Of a DNA stretch of 64,000 nucleotides, positions 20,974-30,926 are shown piece by piece (within the stretch, counting starts at the first letter, position 1; each line of letters starts with the position of its first letter). The DNA is from a bacterium (GTDB lineage Bacteria; Desulfobacterota; DSWW01): assembly GCA_040756235.1 (NCBI GenBank), contig JBFLZG010000126.1, positions 32,001 to 96,000 of the forward strand. Reading direction: 5' to 3'. Made by a program: the position numbers and the translations under genes. Under the pieces are notes generated by a model. It had not been told where the DNA came from. It saw only the letters and a program-made list of their open reading frames with translations, and ran no database searches.

Positions 20974-21854
20974 ACCTGCGAACCAGGACGGTGCGGCGGT
21001 TCCTCGCCTGTGCTCTGCTCGTGGGCCTGTCCTCGGGAACGGCCTCTGAGGCTGCCGAGGAGAGCCGGGGCAGGCTGCCGGTCTTCGTCACCATCCTCCC
21101 TCAGGTGGAGTTCGCCGAGCGGATCGGGGGGGAGCGCGTGGAGGTCAGCGCCATGGTGGAGCCCGGGCGCAGCCCCGAGACTTTCGAGCCGAGCCCGCAG
21201 CAGCTGGCCAGGCTCAGCCGAGCGGCGCTCTACTTCCGCATCGGCATCGGATTCGAGGAGGCCTGGCTCGATAAGATCCGGCAGATCCATCCCGACCTGC
21301 GCATCGTGGACACCCGGGCCGGCCTGGCGCTGCTTTCTTCCGGCCACGCTCATGCCGGCGAGGAGCACGGCATGGACCCGCACGTGTGGTTGGACCCGGG
21401 GCGGGTCCGGATCCTCGCCGGCAACATGGCTCGGGCGCTGGAGGAGGCCGACCCCGAGAGCGCGGCGCTCTATCGGACCAACCTCGCCCGTTTCATCGAG
21501 GATCTGGACCGGGTGGACGCCGAGCTGCGCGAGCTGTTCCGCGATGCCCCGGGCAAGCGGTTCATCGTCTGGCACCCGGCCTGGGGATATCTGGCGGACG
21601 CCTACGGGCTCGAGCAGGTCGCGGTCGAGGAAGAAGGCAAGGAGCCCAATGCGAAGCGGCTGACCGAGTTGCTCGGCGCATGCCGAGAAGCCGGTTTCCG
21701 GATCCTCTTCGCCCCTGAAGAGACCCGCACCCGGTCCTTGGAGAGCTTCGCCCGGGCCGCGAATTTGAGGATCGTGCGGCTGGACCCGCTGGCGAAGAAC
21801 TATCTGGACAACCTGCGCTCGATGGCCGCGCGCATCCGGGAGGGGCTGAGATGA
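20955..21854 (+). CDS. znuA: Zinc ABC transporter substrate-binding protein
   Basis: ETFEPSP, a short His-rich loop, DPHVWLDP and HPAWGYLA motifs. Confidence 0.88.
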   Translation: MSRSLLNLRTRTVRRFLACALLVGLSSGTASEAAEESRGRLPVFVTILPQVEFAERIGGERVEVSAMVEPGRSPETFEPSPQQLARLSRAALYFRIGIGFEEAWLDKIRQIHPDLRIVDTRAGLALLSSGHAHAGEEHGMDPHVWLDPGRVRILAGNMARALEEADPESAALYRTNLARFIEDLDRVDAELRELFRDAPGKRFIVWHPAWGYLADAYGLEQVAVEEEGKEPNAKRLTELLGACREAGFRILFAPEETRTRSLESFARAANLRIVRLDPLAKNYLDNLRSMAARIREGLR

Positions 21855-22597
21855 GCGGCGCTCAGGCTCCGGTGGCCCTGGAGAACGTCTCCTTCCGTTA
21901 TGACGGAAGATGGATTCTGGAAGAGGTCACGCTGGAGATCGCCGAGCGTGAGTTTCTCGGCCTGATCGGGCCCAACGGCTCGGGCAAATCCACTCTGCTC
22001 AAGCTGATTCTCGGGCTCCGCAGGCCGCAGAAGGGGCGCGTGCTCGTCTACGGCAATCGGCCGGAGGAAGCCCGGGGCTGGATCGGGTACGTGCCGCAGC
22101 ATCTGAGCTTCGATCGCAGCTTCCCGGTGACGGCCATGGACGTGGTCCTCATGGGACGCCTGGGAGTCAACCGCGGGCTGCGCCGCTACGGCCGGGCCGA
22201 CCGGACGGCAGCGGAGGAGGTTCTGGAACAGGTGGGGGTGGCGGCCCTGGGCAAGCGGGCCATCGGCACGCTGTCCGGCGGCGAGCTGCAGCGCGTCTTC
22301 ATTGCTCGAGCGCTGGTCTCGAAGCCGCGGCTCCTCATCCTGGACGAGCCCACGACCGGCGTGGACATCGACACCGAAAAAGCCGTCTACGAGCTGCTGA
22401 AGGAGCTCAACCAGAAGATGACCATTATCCTGGTGACGCATGAGCTGAACTTCGTTTCGGCGTACGTCAAGCGCGTCGCCTGTCTGGCCCGGCGTCTGGT
22501 CTGCCACCCCACGGACGAGGTGCCGGAATCGCTGTACGGTTCCTTGTATCTCACGCCCATCAAAATGGTCCGCCACGAGCACGAAGAGGGCGTCTAG
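21851..22597 (+). CDS. znuC: Metal ABC transporter ATPase
   Basis: GPNGSGKST, IGYVPQ, LSGGELQR and LDEPT motifs. Confidence 0.9.
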   Translation: MSGAQAPVALENVSFRYDGRWILEEVTLEIAEREFLGLIGPNGSGKSTLLKLILGLRRPQKGRVLVYGNRPEEARGWIGYVPQHLSFDRSFPVTAMDVVLMGRLGVNRGLRRYGRADRTAAEEVLEQVGVAALGKRAIGTLSGGELQRVFIARALVSKPRLLILDEPTTGVDIDTEKAVYELLKELNQKMTIILVTHELNFVSAYVKRVACLARRLVCHPTDEVPESLYGSLYLTPIKMVRHEHEEGV

Positions 22598-22616
22598 CCG
22601 GGCGGCCGAGCGACCC

Positions 22617-23447
22617 ATGGAATTCTTCGAAGCGGTCCGACAATATCCGTTTCTGCAGAACGCGCTCCTCATGGGGGTCCTGTCGAGCCTCGCCTGCGGC
22701 CCGATGGGCGCCTATGTGGTGGTGAAGCGGATTTCCTTCATCAGCGGCGGGATCGCCCACGCGGTGCTGGGAGGGATGGGAGTGGCCTACTTTTTCGGCC
22801 GCAGCCCCATGGCCGGCGCGCTGATTGCGGCCCTGCTCGCGGCGGTTCTGATCGGGGTCGTGAGCCTGCGCGCCCGGCAGCGCGAGGACACGGCCATCGG
22901 CGCCCTGTGGGCCACGGGCATGGCGATCGGCATCGTCTTCATTTCGCGGACGCCGGGATACAACGTCGATCTCATGAGCTATCTGTTCGGCAACATCCTC
23001 CTGGTGAGCCGTTCGGACCTGCTCTGGACCGGGCTCCTCGACGCCGTCATTCTGGGCGCGGTCTTCCTGTACTACAACCCGCTGCTGGCGGTCTGCTTCG
23101 ACGAAGAGAATGCGCGGCTTCAGGGCGTCCCGGTGGAACGCGCCTACCTGGGGCTCCTCTGCCTGATCGCCGCCACGGTCGTGATCCTGGTCCACGTCGC
23201 GGGCATCGTCCTGGTCATCGCGCTGCTCACGCTGCCGGCAGCGATCGCCGGGATCTTCGTACGGCGCCTTGCGCGGATCATGCTCGCGGCAACCGTTTTG
23301 GGGGTGCTGTTTGCCTGGGGCGGGCTCTTCCTGTCTTACGGACCGGATCTTCCCGCCGGGGCCACGATCATCCTGCTCGCCGCTGCGAGCTATCTCGCTT
23401 GCCTGCTCTTTGCGGCAGCCTGGAGCCGAAGCCGGCCGGGGCGGTAG
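22617..23447 (+). CDS. znuB: Metal ABC transporter permease
   Basis: IAHAVLGG, YLFGNIL and FDEE.A motifs; hydrophobic. Confidence 0.9.
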   Translation: MEFFEAVRQYPFLQNALLMGVLSSLACGPMGAYVVVKRISFISGGIAHAVLGGMGVAYFFGRSPMAGALIAALLAAVLIGVVSLRARQREDTAIGALWATGMAIGIVFISRTPGYNVDLMSYLFGNILLVSRSDLLWTGLLDAVILGAVFLYYNPLLAVCFDEENARLQGVPVERAYLGLLCLIAATVVILVHVAGIVLVIALLTLPAAIAGIFVRRLARIMLAATVLGVLFAWGGLFLSYGPDLPAGATIILLAAASYLACLLFAAAWSRSRPGR

Positions 23448-23487
23448 ACGGATCGAAGACCGAACAAGCAAGCATGAGGAGAGGTGC

Positions 23488-24552
23488 ATGGTCAGGAATT
23501 GGATCGAAGTCCTGCGGACGTGCAATCTGCCCGAGGGGAGCGCCCTGGATCCGGTGAGCAAGTGGCTCATCATCACCAGATCCTGCGTGTTCTCCATGAC
23601 CGTGATCTCGGCTTTCGTGGGCGGCATGCTGGCGGCGATCGACGGTTCTTTCTCCTTGGGCTTGTGGCTGCTGGTCACGGCGGGGCTGGTGCTGGCCCAT
23701 GCCGCCAACAACATGGTCAACGATCTGTTCGACGAGGCGGGCGGGGTCGACACGGCGGATTACCCGAGGGCCAACTACGCGCCGCACCCGATTCTCGACC
23801 GCCTGGTCACGCGCAACCAGCTCATCGCTGCGATCGTGGTCTGCAACGTGCTGGACTTCCTCATTGCGCTCTACCTGGCCTGGGAGCGCGGGTGGGCGGT
23901 CATGGCCTTCGCCGTGGCCGGTCTTCTGACGAGCGTCTTCTACGTGGCCCCGCCTCTCAAGCTCAAGCATCGCGGTCTTGGGGAACCCGCCATCTTCCTC
24001 ATCTGGGGTCCGCTCATGATCGCGGGAACCTATTACGTGCTCGCCGGAAGCGTGTCCGCCGCAGTCTGGCTGGCCTCGATCCCTTACGGGCTTGCGGTCA
24101 CGACGGCCCTCATGTGCAAGCACCTGGACAAGGCGGACAAGGACGAGCAAAAGGGAGTGCGCACCCTTCCGGTGCTGCTGGGCCGCAGACGGGCCCAGCA
24201 GGCGACCGCGCTGCTGGTCTGGGGGTTCTACCTGTTCCTGGTCGGTCTCGTGGCATGCGGCATTCTGCCCTGGCTCACCTTGCTCGCGCTCCTGTCCCTT
24301 CCCAAGGCCAGCCGCGTGCTGGTGGCTCTGCAGGGGCCGGTCCCGACGACGAGCCAGGAGGCGTTCGATCTGGCCGAGGACGTGATTCCCGAGGACATGA
24401 AGAAGCGCTTCAAGCCGGGGCTTCCGCTCGAATCCTATCCTCTATGGCCTCTCTGGTACGTGGTGTGGGCGGTCTGGTGGACACGGAACGCGGGGGCCTG
24501 GTTCGTCGTCGGCCTGTTGCTGGCAGCGATCGCCCGCGGGCTGTTCGGTTGA
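23488..24552 (+). CDS. UbiA/MenA-family prenyltransferase
   Basis: NMVNDLFD..GVD, FYVAPP..LKHRGLGE and D..KG.RTL motifs; multiple TM segments. Confidence 0.85.
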   Translation: MVRNWIEVLRTCNLPEGSALDPVSKWLIITRSCVFSMTVISAFVGGMLAAIDGSFSLGLWLLVTAGLVLAHAANNMVNDLFDEAGGVDTADYPRANYAPHPILDRLVTRNQLIAAIVVCNVLDFLIALYLAWERGWAVMAFAVAGLLTSVFYVAPPLKLKHRGLGEPAIFLIWGPLMIAGTYYVLAGSVSAAVWLASIPYGLAVTTALMCKHLDKADKDEQKGVRTLPVLLGRRRAQQATALLVWGFYLFLVGLVACGILPWLTLLALLSLPKASRVLVALQGPVPTTSQEAFDLAEDVIPEDMKKRFKPGLPLESYPLWPLWYVVWAVWWTRNAGAWFVVGLLLAAIARGLFG

Positions 24553-24626
24553 GCGCGGCCCGGCGCCGCGCCTGCGAGCGGCTCTTCTCGGAACGTTCTC
24601 GCTCGTCGCCAGGATCCAGGGGGCGG

Positions 24627-25472
24627 ATGCGTTCGTTCACGGACAGCCTGTTCGAGGCGATTCACCGGCGCATCGAGCGCCGCTACCCGGGATGGAACCC
24701 GGATGCCGCCCTGCGCTACCTTCCGGTCGCGCAAGCCTTGGGCCGGTCCGGGCCCGCCGCTCGGGTCCTGGATGTGGGCTCAGCAGGCGAGGGCCTTTCC
24801 CGCTACTGGGACGGCACGGCGTTCGAGCTGGACCTGCGCATGCCGCAAGGCCCGGGAGAGGCCGGTCCGAGCCGCCGCCGGGTGCTGGGCTCGGGGCTCG
24901 CCCTGCCCTTCCGGGACGGCGCCTTCGACGCGGTCGTCAGCTCGGACGTTCTCGAGCATCTGGCGCCCGAGGACCGTCCGTCCTTGGTGGGCGAGATGCT
25001 GCGGGTGGGGCGTCGGCAGATCGTGCTGGCCGTTCCCTGCGGGCAGGCTTCGCGGGAAGCCGAGGCCGAGGTCGACCGGGTGCATCGAGACCGGCACGGC
25101 CCCTCCCACGCCTGGCTGGAAGAGCACCTCCGGCACGGGCTCCCGGACGAGGAAGACGTCTTGCACGCGATCCGCAGCCGGGCGCTGGCTCTGGGAAAGG
25201 AGGCCTCGATCCGGGTCGAGGGCAACACCAACCTCGCGCTCTGGAGGTGGCTGTTCCGGCGGTACTTCGGGGCAGGCCCGAGGGGGGCCCGCCTCATGCG
25301 TGACGGCCTGCTCGCGCTCCTGCCTCTGCTCCGACACGCCCACTGGGGGAGAACGTACCGGAAGATCTTCTTCGTGCAGCTCCGTGCGCGCGCGCCGGAG
25401 CCAAGCTCCGGCACCGCTGGCCTGACGGGGCAAGACAAGACGGCCGGGCATGGTGCTGGTCCGGATCGATGA
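24627..25472 (+). CDS. Class I SAM-dependent methyltransferase
   Basis: VLDVGS, LPFRDGAFDAVV and DVLEHL motifs. Confidence 0.8.
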   Translation: MRSFTDSLFEAIHRRIERRYPGWNPDAALRYLPVAQALGRSGPAARVLDVGSAGEGLSRYWDGTAFELDLRMPQGPGEAGPSRRRVLGSGLALPFRDGAFDAVVSSDVLEHLAPEDRPSLVGEMLRVGRRQIVLAVPCGQASREAEAEVDRVHRDRHGPSHAWLEEHLRHGLPDEEDVLHAIRSRALALGKEASIRVEGNTNLALWRWLFRRYFGAGPRGARLMRDGLLALLPLLRHAHWGRTYRKIFFVQLRARAPEPSSGTAGLTGQDKTAGHGAGPDR

Positions 25473-25987
25473 GCATGCGTACAAGGGATGCAATCTTCTC
25501 GGAGGTGGAGTCCATGAGTCCGGAAAAGAGACGGCGTGCCGGCGGCGAGGGCGGCGGCCAGGACCGGGCCCCGCACGCGGCAGTCGGCGAAGAGCTTCCC
25601 ATACCGGTCATCGAGCGGGCCATGAACCCGATCGGCCTGGGGGAAATCCCGGACCCGGACGGCTACGGGTTCGTGCAGGCGGACTGCGGCGACACCATGG
25701 AGATCTGCCTGCGCGTGCGGGAGAATCGTATCCAGGAGGCGCGGTTCACCACCACCGGATGCGGGCCCACGCTGGCCTGCGGCAGCGTAGCGGCCGAGCT
25801 TGCCCAGGGGCGCAAGGTGATCGAGGCGCTGCGCATCGGCCCCCGACAGATCTCGGAAGCGCTGGGCGGCCTGCCGGCCGCACGCCTTCATTGTGCCGAG
25901 TTCGCCCACCAGGCCCTGAAAAAGGCCCTGGACGATTACCTGACCCGCGCGCGGGATCCCTGGAAGAAGTACTATCCGCGGAGTTGA
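25469..25987 (+). CDS. IscU/NifU N-terminal domain Fe-S scaffold protein
   Basis: CGD, GC and HCA conserved cysteines; start uncertain. Confidence 0.85.
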   Translation: MSMRTRDAIFSEVESMSPEKRRRAGGEGGGQDRAPHAAVGEELPIPVIERAMNPIGLGEIPDPDGYGFVQADCGDTMEICLRVRENRIQEARFTTTGCGPTLACGSVAAELAQGRKVIEALRIGPRQISEALGGLPAARLHCAEFAHQALKKALDDYLTRARDPWKKYYPRS

Positions 25988-26005
25988 ATGGCCATCAGCC
26001 GTCAG

Positions 26006-26959
26006 CTATCCACGCGGCCGCTCACCCCTGCAGACTGACAGCTGACGGCTGGAAGCGGACAGCTTCTTGAAGAACCGTCGGCGCGCGCGCCTGTCACGCG
26101 GAGCCGGCCCGTTCGGCAGCGTGCAGCTCCTGAGCGGCTCATCGCACGATCTGCAGAGATCGAATCCTCTCCCCTCCTCGAGCAGGCAGGCCTTCCTGGC
26201 CGCCATGGTCTCGAATCCCTGGTCGACGAGGCTCCCGAGCGCCGTCTCGCCGCTCAAGTCGTGACAGCAGGCGAGCACTTCACCCTCCCAGGTGACGAAC
26301 GTGTGGAAGGCGAAAAGACCGCAGCCTTCCCGCCTTGATCCGCGCGCCGCCGGCACGTACAGGGCGGAAGGCGGGAGCTTCCCTCCTCGTCCATGGCAGT
26401 CGGCCATCCCGGCCCGCGCACCCAGGGAATCCCAGAATCGAACGAAGTCGCCTGCTTCTTCGCGGTTGAGCGCGGTGCGGACGCCTGAGACCCTGACGCC
26501 GACTTTGCCCCTGGCGAGCGCGATCAGGGTGCGGGCCGCTTCCAGCGCGTCCTCGAAGGAGAGCGCAGGGCAGATCTGCTCGAACACCGCCTTGCGCGAG
26601 CTGGGGAACGAGAGGAGGACCGAGTTGGGCCGGCACTCTACGAGGTCGCGGAGCGTGCCCGCATCGCGCAGCGAGGCGGGGTTCACGACCATGCGCACGT
26701 CGGCCCCGTGGCCACGCAGCGCGGTGCAGAACCGGAAAACGTCCGGGTGCCGCAGCGGATCTCCCATGCCCGAAAGAGAGACGAGGCTTCCCCTGGAGCC
26801 GAGCACCGGTGCGAGCCGGTGGAACACCTCCCGGGTCATCGTGCCGACCGGTCGGGAGAGGGCCTCCCGGGGGCAGAGCGCGCACCGATGCTCGCAGCGG
26901 TTGGTCAGCTCGAGGTCGACCGAGACGAAACTCCAGTCACGAAGCTGCTGATTTTGCAT
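26006..26959 (-). CDS. Radical SAM protein with SPASM/twitch domain
   Basis: CEHRCALC motif; C-terminal GC...VTWEGEVLACCHD...C..C. Confidence 0.88.
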   Translation of the reverse strand: MQNQQLRDWSFVSVDLELTNRCEHRCALCPREALSRPVGTMTREVFHRLAPVLGSRGSLVSLSGMGDPLRHPDVFRFCTALRGHGADVRMVVNPASLRDAGTLRDLVECRPNSVLLSFPSSRKAVFEQICPALSFEDALEAARTLIALARGKVGVRVSGVRTALNREEAGDFVRFWDSLGARAGMADCHGRGGKLPPSALYVPAARGSRREGCGLFAFHTFVTWEGEVLACCHDLSGETALGSLVDQGFETMAARKACLLEEGRGFDLCRSCDEPLRSCTLPNGPAPRDRRARRRFFKKLSASSRQLSVCRGERPRG

Positions 26960-28019
26960 CGAGCACCGCCTCGAGCCATCCGGTCCCGAATCTCTGGTCC
27001 GGCTCCAGATAGTGTCCCTCGCTCCACTCGTTCCATGAAGCGACGAACGTCAGGTTGGACGCATGGGCAGCGGAGCTGAAGCGAACCGCAGCCTCGAGGA
27101 AGTCGCGGAACAGCTCCGGCCTCCCGCCGACCACGACCGGCCACCACGGGTAACGCATGATCCGGCGACCGCCGTGAAGGGCGCCGCGCGGCGTGGCGTC
27201 CCAGCCCGGAGACACGGAAGGAAAATACGGGAGGCGCGCCGCGCGGAAGAATCCTTCCCACTCCGATCTCCGGAGGGCCGTCAGCGTGCGGTAGTCCTGC
27301 AGGTACGGCCCCTTCCACTGCGGCAGGTGGACGTAGTGGGTCGCGCTGTCGAAACCGATGGCGGCCAGCGACGGTACCAGAAAGGGTGCGGGGTTGACCG
27401 CCATGAGATGCAGATCCGGCAGGCCCTGGCCGGAAAGGTACTCGCGGGCGGCACGGATCGCCTCGCGGGCGGTGGCCGCGCCCATCTGCCGTACGAAGAA
27501 CGTGGAGTCGAAAATGGAAAACAGGAAGCGTCCTTGCAGGCGGAAATAGCCCGGCCGCACGAAGTAATGTTCCGCAAGAAATCGGAGCAGGGCCAGGAAG
27601 TCCTCCGGATCGGTGTAGACCAGGCGTGAGGAATCGATCTCGGCCCCCCTCGTGCGCTTCACCGGGAGCACGCGCCTGGGCATGCGGTTGGCCCACATCA
27701 CCGCGAACGGGAAGGAGTTGCAGGCGGCGCCCAGGAACCCGTGGTCCAGGGCGCGCTCGAAGACCCGCTTCCCCCTGGACCAGAAGAACCCATAGACGAA
27801 CAGATCGATCCCGAAGGACCGGGCCAGCGAGACTTGCTGCTCGGCGGTGTGCGGAAGGGAATCGTCATAGGCCCCATGCAGAGGGAGGCGCGGCTGCTCG
27901 TGTCCCGGAAACCGGGGCAGCGCCCGGAGCACCAGATCCCACTCGCTCCACCTTGGAGGGAAACCTCTGTCCCGCTCCGGACAGCGGTGCCAGCCGGGAT
28001 AGACGTAGGCTGCGATCAT
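26937..28019 (-). CDS. GH99-like / WbsX-family protein
   Basis: AYVYPGWH, QVSLARSFGID, WAN, PGWDATPR and SWNEWSEGHYLEPD.RFG motifs. Confidence 0.85.
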   Translation of the reverse strand: MIAAYVYPGWHRCPERDRGFPPRWSEWDLVLRALPRFPGHEQPRLPLHGAYDDSLPHTAEQQVSLARSFGIDLFVYGFFWSRGKRVFERALDHGFLGAACNSFPFAVMWANRMPRRVLPVKRTRGAEIDSSRLVYTDPEDFLALLRFLAEHYFVRPGYFRLQGRFLFSIFDSTFFVRQMGAATAREAIRAAREYLSGQGLPDLHLMAVNPAPFLVPSLAAIGFDSATHYVHLPQWKGPYLQDYRTLTALRRSEWEGFFRAARLPYFPSVSPGWDATPRGALHGGRRIMRYPWWPVVVGGRPELFRDFLEAAVRFSSAAHASNLTFVASWNEWSEGHYLEPDQRFGTGWLEAVLDAKSAAS

Positions 28020-28145
28020 GCCTGTTCCTCGAGCTTGCTCCCGGTCGAGGAATGGGGTTAAGCCGGAATCGTGTCCCTGCTCATTCTAGCCTGACCGAAG
28101 CCTTTCCCCAACCGGCACTGAGTTCATGTCGGAGCAAATACGTTT

Positions 28146-28188
28146 TGAGCCCGAGACGACCGAGGGCGGTGCACCCGCCGCACGTAAC
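28146..28188 (+). repeat. 43-bp dispersed repeat, copy 2
   Basis: 41/43 identical to 7983-8025. Confidence 0.75.
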
Positions 28189-28351
28189 GCTTCAAGGCAC
28201 CCCTTCCCCTTTGAAATCCCCCTGGTTTTCCCTTATCCTCGACAGTCTGCGATCGGCGCTGCGGCAGCCCGGGCTCCCGCGGGCCGGCCGGCCCCGGGGC
28301 GGGGAATCCGGGCGGCAGGGCCGGGGCACTCGGATCGGTTGGAGGTGCATC

Positions 28352-29473
28352 GTGTGGGCTGAAATTCGAAAGCTGTTTCCGATCTGCGAGCGCTGCGTCT
28401 ACCTCAATAACGCGGGCGTCTGCCCGCCTTCCCTGCGGGTCCTCGAGGCACTCGAAGCCCATCACCGCAATCACGCTCTGCATGGATGGGGCAAGGTGCG
28501 CGCCGAGATCGCGGGGACCGAGGTCCGGATCAAGGAAATTCTGGCCGGCCTTCTCGGGTGCAAGCCGTCCTCGATCGCACTGGTTCACAACACTTCCGAA
28601 GGCATGAGCATCGTGGCCCAGGGCCTGTCGTGGAGGCCGGGGGACGTCGTCGTGGGGCTGGACCGGGAGTATCCGGCCAATGTGTACCCCTGGGTGAACC
28701 TCCAGGCCAAGGGGGTGCGGCACGTGCGACTCAGGCCCACGCACTCCAACGAGGACATCGTCCTCCTCGAGAGCTCGCTCGACCCTTCCGTCAAGGTCGT
28801 CGCCGTCTCGGCCGTGGACTGGTGCACCGGCCACGTCTATGACCTCGCCAGGCTGGGAGAGGCCTGCCGCGAGAGAGGCATCTGGCTCGTTGCGGACGTG
28901 GCGCAGGCCATGGGTACGGTTCCCGTAGATGCCGCCTCTACGCACGCGGCGGCCCTGGCAGGCTCTGCCTGGAAAGGACTGACGGGGCCGCTCGGAGTGG
29001 GCGTCTTCTATTGTTCCGATCCCCTGCTGGAGCGGCTGTCTCTCAGCTTCGTGGGTACGGACACCGTGGTGCATCCGCAGAGCTATCTCGATTACCGCTT
29101 CACCCCCAAGCCGGACGCGTCGAGATTCCAGTTCTCCACGCCGAACGTGAACGACTGGGTGCACCTGCGGGCCGCGCTCGAATTGCTGAACCAGATCGGG
29201 TTCGAGAAGGTCCGGGGCCGGATCCTGGAGCTCACGTCCATCCTGCAGCAGGGGCTCGAAAGGAAGGGATACGCCGTGGCGGGCTCGACCCGGCCTGCGG
29301 AGCGCTCCGGCATTCTGTCCTTCCGCCGGGAGGGGCTGGATGCGCGGCGCAAGGCGGCCGAGTTGGCGGGTCGCGGGATCGTGGTGGTCGAGAGGGACGG
29401 CTTCGTGCGCGTCTCCCCGCACGTCTACAACAACGAGGAGGACATGGATCGCCTCCTCAGAGCTCTGGACTGA
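28352..29473 (+). CDS. Class V PLP-dependent aminotransferase/lyase
   Basis: GTG after GGAGGT; YLNNAG, NTSEG, DVAQ, WKGLTGP (PLP Lys) and RVSPHVYN motifs. No SufS/IscS catalytic-Cys loop seen. Confidence 0.85.
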   Translation: MWAEIRKLFPICERCVYLNNAGVCPPSLRVLEALEAHHRNHALHGWGKVRAEIAGTEVRIKEILAGLLGCKPSSIALVHNTSEGMSIVAQGLSWRPGDVVVGLDREYPANVYPWVNLQAKGVRHVRLRPTHSNEDIVLLESSLDPSVKVVAVSAVDWCTGHVYDLARLGEACRERGIWLVADVAQAMGTVPVDAASTHAAALAGSAWKGLTGPLGVGVFYCSDPLLERLSLSFVGTDTVVHPQSYLDYRFTPKPDASRFQFSTPNVNDWVHLRAALELLNQIGFEKVRGRILELTSILQQGLERKGYAVAGSTRPAERSGILSFRREGLDARRKAAELAGRGIVVVERDGFVRVSPHVYNNEEDMDRLLRALD

Positions 29474-29497
29474 GGGTCCGGACATCCGCGAGTCATC

Positions 29498-30910
29498 ATG
29501 AATAAGATACTCTGGATACTCGGAGTCGGGTGCGCGACCTGGCTGCTGGCTCTGTGGGCGCCGGAAGGGCCGTGCGAGGCGGCCTCTGCGGATGTCCGGC
29601 GGCCGGATGCGGCGGCTGCATCCGCCCTTCCGGACATCGTCATCATTTCCCTGGACACGACGAGAGCCGATCACCTCTCGCTCCACGGATACCCCCTGTC
29701 CACGACCCCCAATCTCGAGCGCATCGGAAAAGGCGGGATCGTCTTCGAGCAAGCCAGGACCGTGGTTCCCCTGACGGGTCCCTCCCACGCGTCGATGTTC
29801 ACGTCTCTTTATCCGCACCAGCACGGGTGCTTCCGGAACGGCATCCCGCTGAGAAAGGATGTCCTCACGCTGGCTCGGATCCTGAAGGAACGGGGGTACG
29901 ACACGGCGGCCTTCGTGAGCTCCTGGACCCTGAAGGGCACCCTTTGCGGGCTTGACTCCGGGTTCCGTCTGTACCGGGAGGACTTCACGCAGCGCTACAG
30001 TCTCATCAATCGGGAGCAGCCTGCCGATGAGGTGGCCCGGGCCGTGGCCGGCTTTCTCGACTCCGGAGAGCACTGGCGTCCCTTGTTCCTGTTCGTGCAC
30101 TTTTTCGATCCGCATGCTCCCTACCGGCGCCATCCGGGTCCGTGGGAAGCGCTCGGAAAGCAGGCCGGGGACCTCGGGCTCGACCTTCCCCGGACCGTCC
30201 TGGAATACGACAACGAGCTGGCGTACATGGATCACCATCTTGGCCTCCTGCTCGAAACTCTCGAGCGCAGGGGACTGCTCGAGAGCGGCCTGGTGTGGAT
30301 CGTGGGAGATCATGGGGAGAGCCTCGGAGAGCACGGGTACACCGGCCACGGCCGGAGGGTCTACGAGCAGATGATGCACGTGCCCTTGGTGCTCCTTGCT
30401 CGCCGCTGGGCTGCCCGGACAGCCGTCGTAAAGGAGGTCGTGTCCACTCTGGACATCGTTCCGACCACCCTGGGGTTCCTGGGAAAGTCGGCTCCGCTGG
30501 GCGACCCGGCTGAGGTCCTCTGTGCCTTCGAGGGCATGGACCTGTCCGGTCATCTGGTGCAAGGCACCACCGTTCCTTCCCGCCGCCTCTACTTCGAGAC
30601 CTTCAAGGGAACGTTGCGGAGGTTCACCCCAATCTTTGCCAAAGATGCTCCGGATCATCCTTTGTTCATGGGATATTACGAGAACAATATGAAGTATATT
30701 CTCGGATCTTCTTCGGGCCGCGAGGTGGAGATCTATGACTTGAAGTCGGATCCGGGAGAGACCCGGAACATGCGGTCCCGGAGCGGGGCCTCTTTCTCGC
30801 CGGCCGAGCTCCTCTCCTGGTTTCAGCAAGGCCGCTCTCCGCATGCGGTGAAAGTCGACCTCTCCCCCGACGACGTGGAAACCCTTCGCAGCCTCGGCTA
30901 CATCGACTGA
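29498..30910 (+). CDS. Exported sulfatase-like (alkaline phosphatase superfamily) hydrolase/transferase
   Basis: Signal peptide; SLDTTRADH, LTGPSHASMFT, HFFDPHAPY, GDHGE and LRSLGY motifs. Confidence 0.85.
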   Translation: MNKILWILGVGCATWLLALWAPEGPCEAASADVRRPDAAAASALPDIVIISLDTTRADHLSLHGYPLSTTPNLERIGKGGIVFEQARTVVPLTGPSHASMFTSLYPHQHGCFRNGIPLRKDVLTLARILKERGYDTAAFVSSWTLKGTLCGLDSGFRLYREDFTQRYSLINREQPADEVARAVAGFLDSGEHWRPLFLFVHFFDPHAPYRRHPGPWEALGKQAGDLGLDLPRTVLEYDNELAYMDHHLGLLLETLERRGLLESGLVWIVGDHGESLGEHGYTGHGRRVYEQMMHVPLVLLARRWAARTAVVKEVVSTLDIVPTTLGFLGKSAPLGDPAEVLCAFEGMDLSGHLVQGTTVPSRRLYFETFKGTLRRFTPIFAKDAPDHPLFMGYYENNMKYILGSSSGREVEIYDLKSDPGETRNMRSRSGASFSPAELLSWFQQGRSPHAVKVDLSPDDVETLRSLGYID

Positions 30911-30926
30911 GCGGCAGGGGACTTCC

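Noticed and set aside
25996..26051. 12-bp inverted repeat CAGCCGTCAGCT/AGCTGACGGCTG
   Set aside because: Most likely a simple hairpin or terminator between convergent genes.
28352..29473. Cysteine desulfurase/selenocysteine lyase partner for NifU or Sec-MerB
   Set aside because: No catalytic Cys loop (RxGxHCA or SGSAC) is visible.
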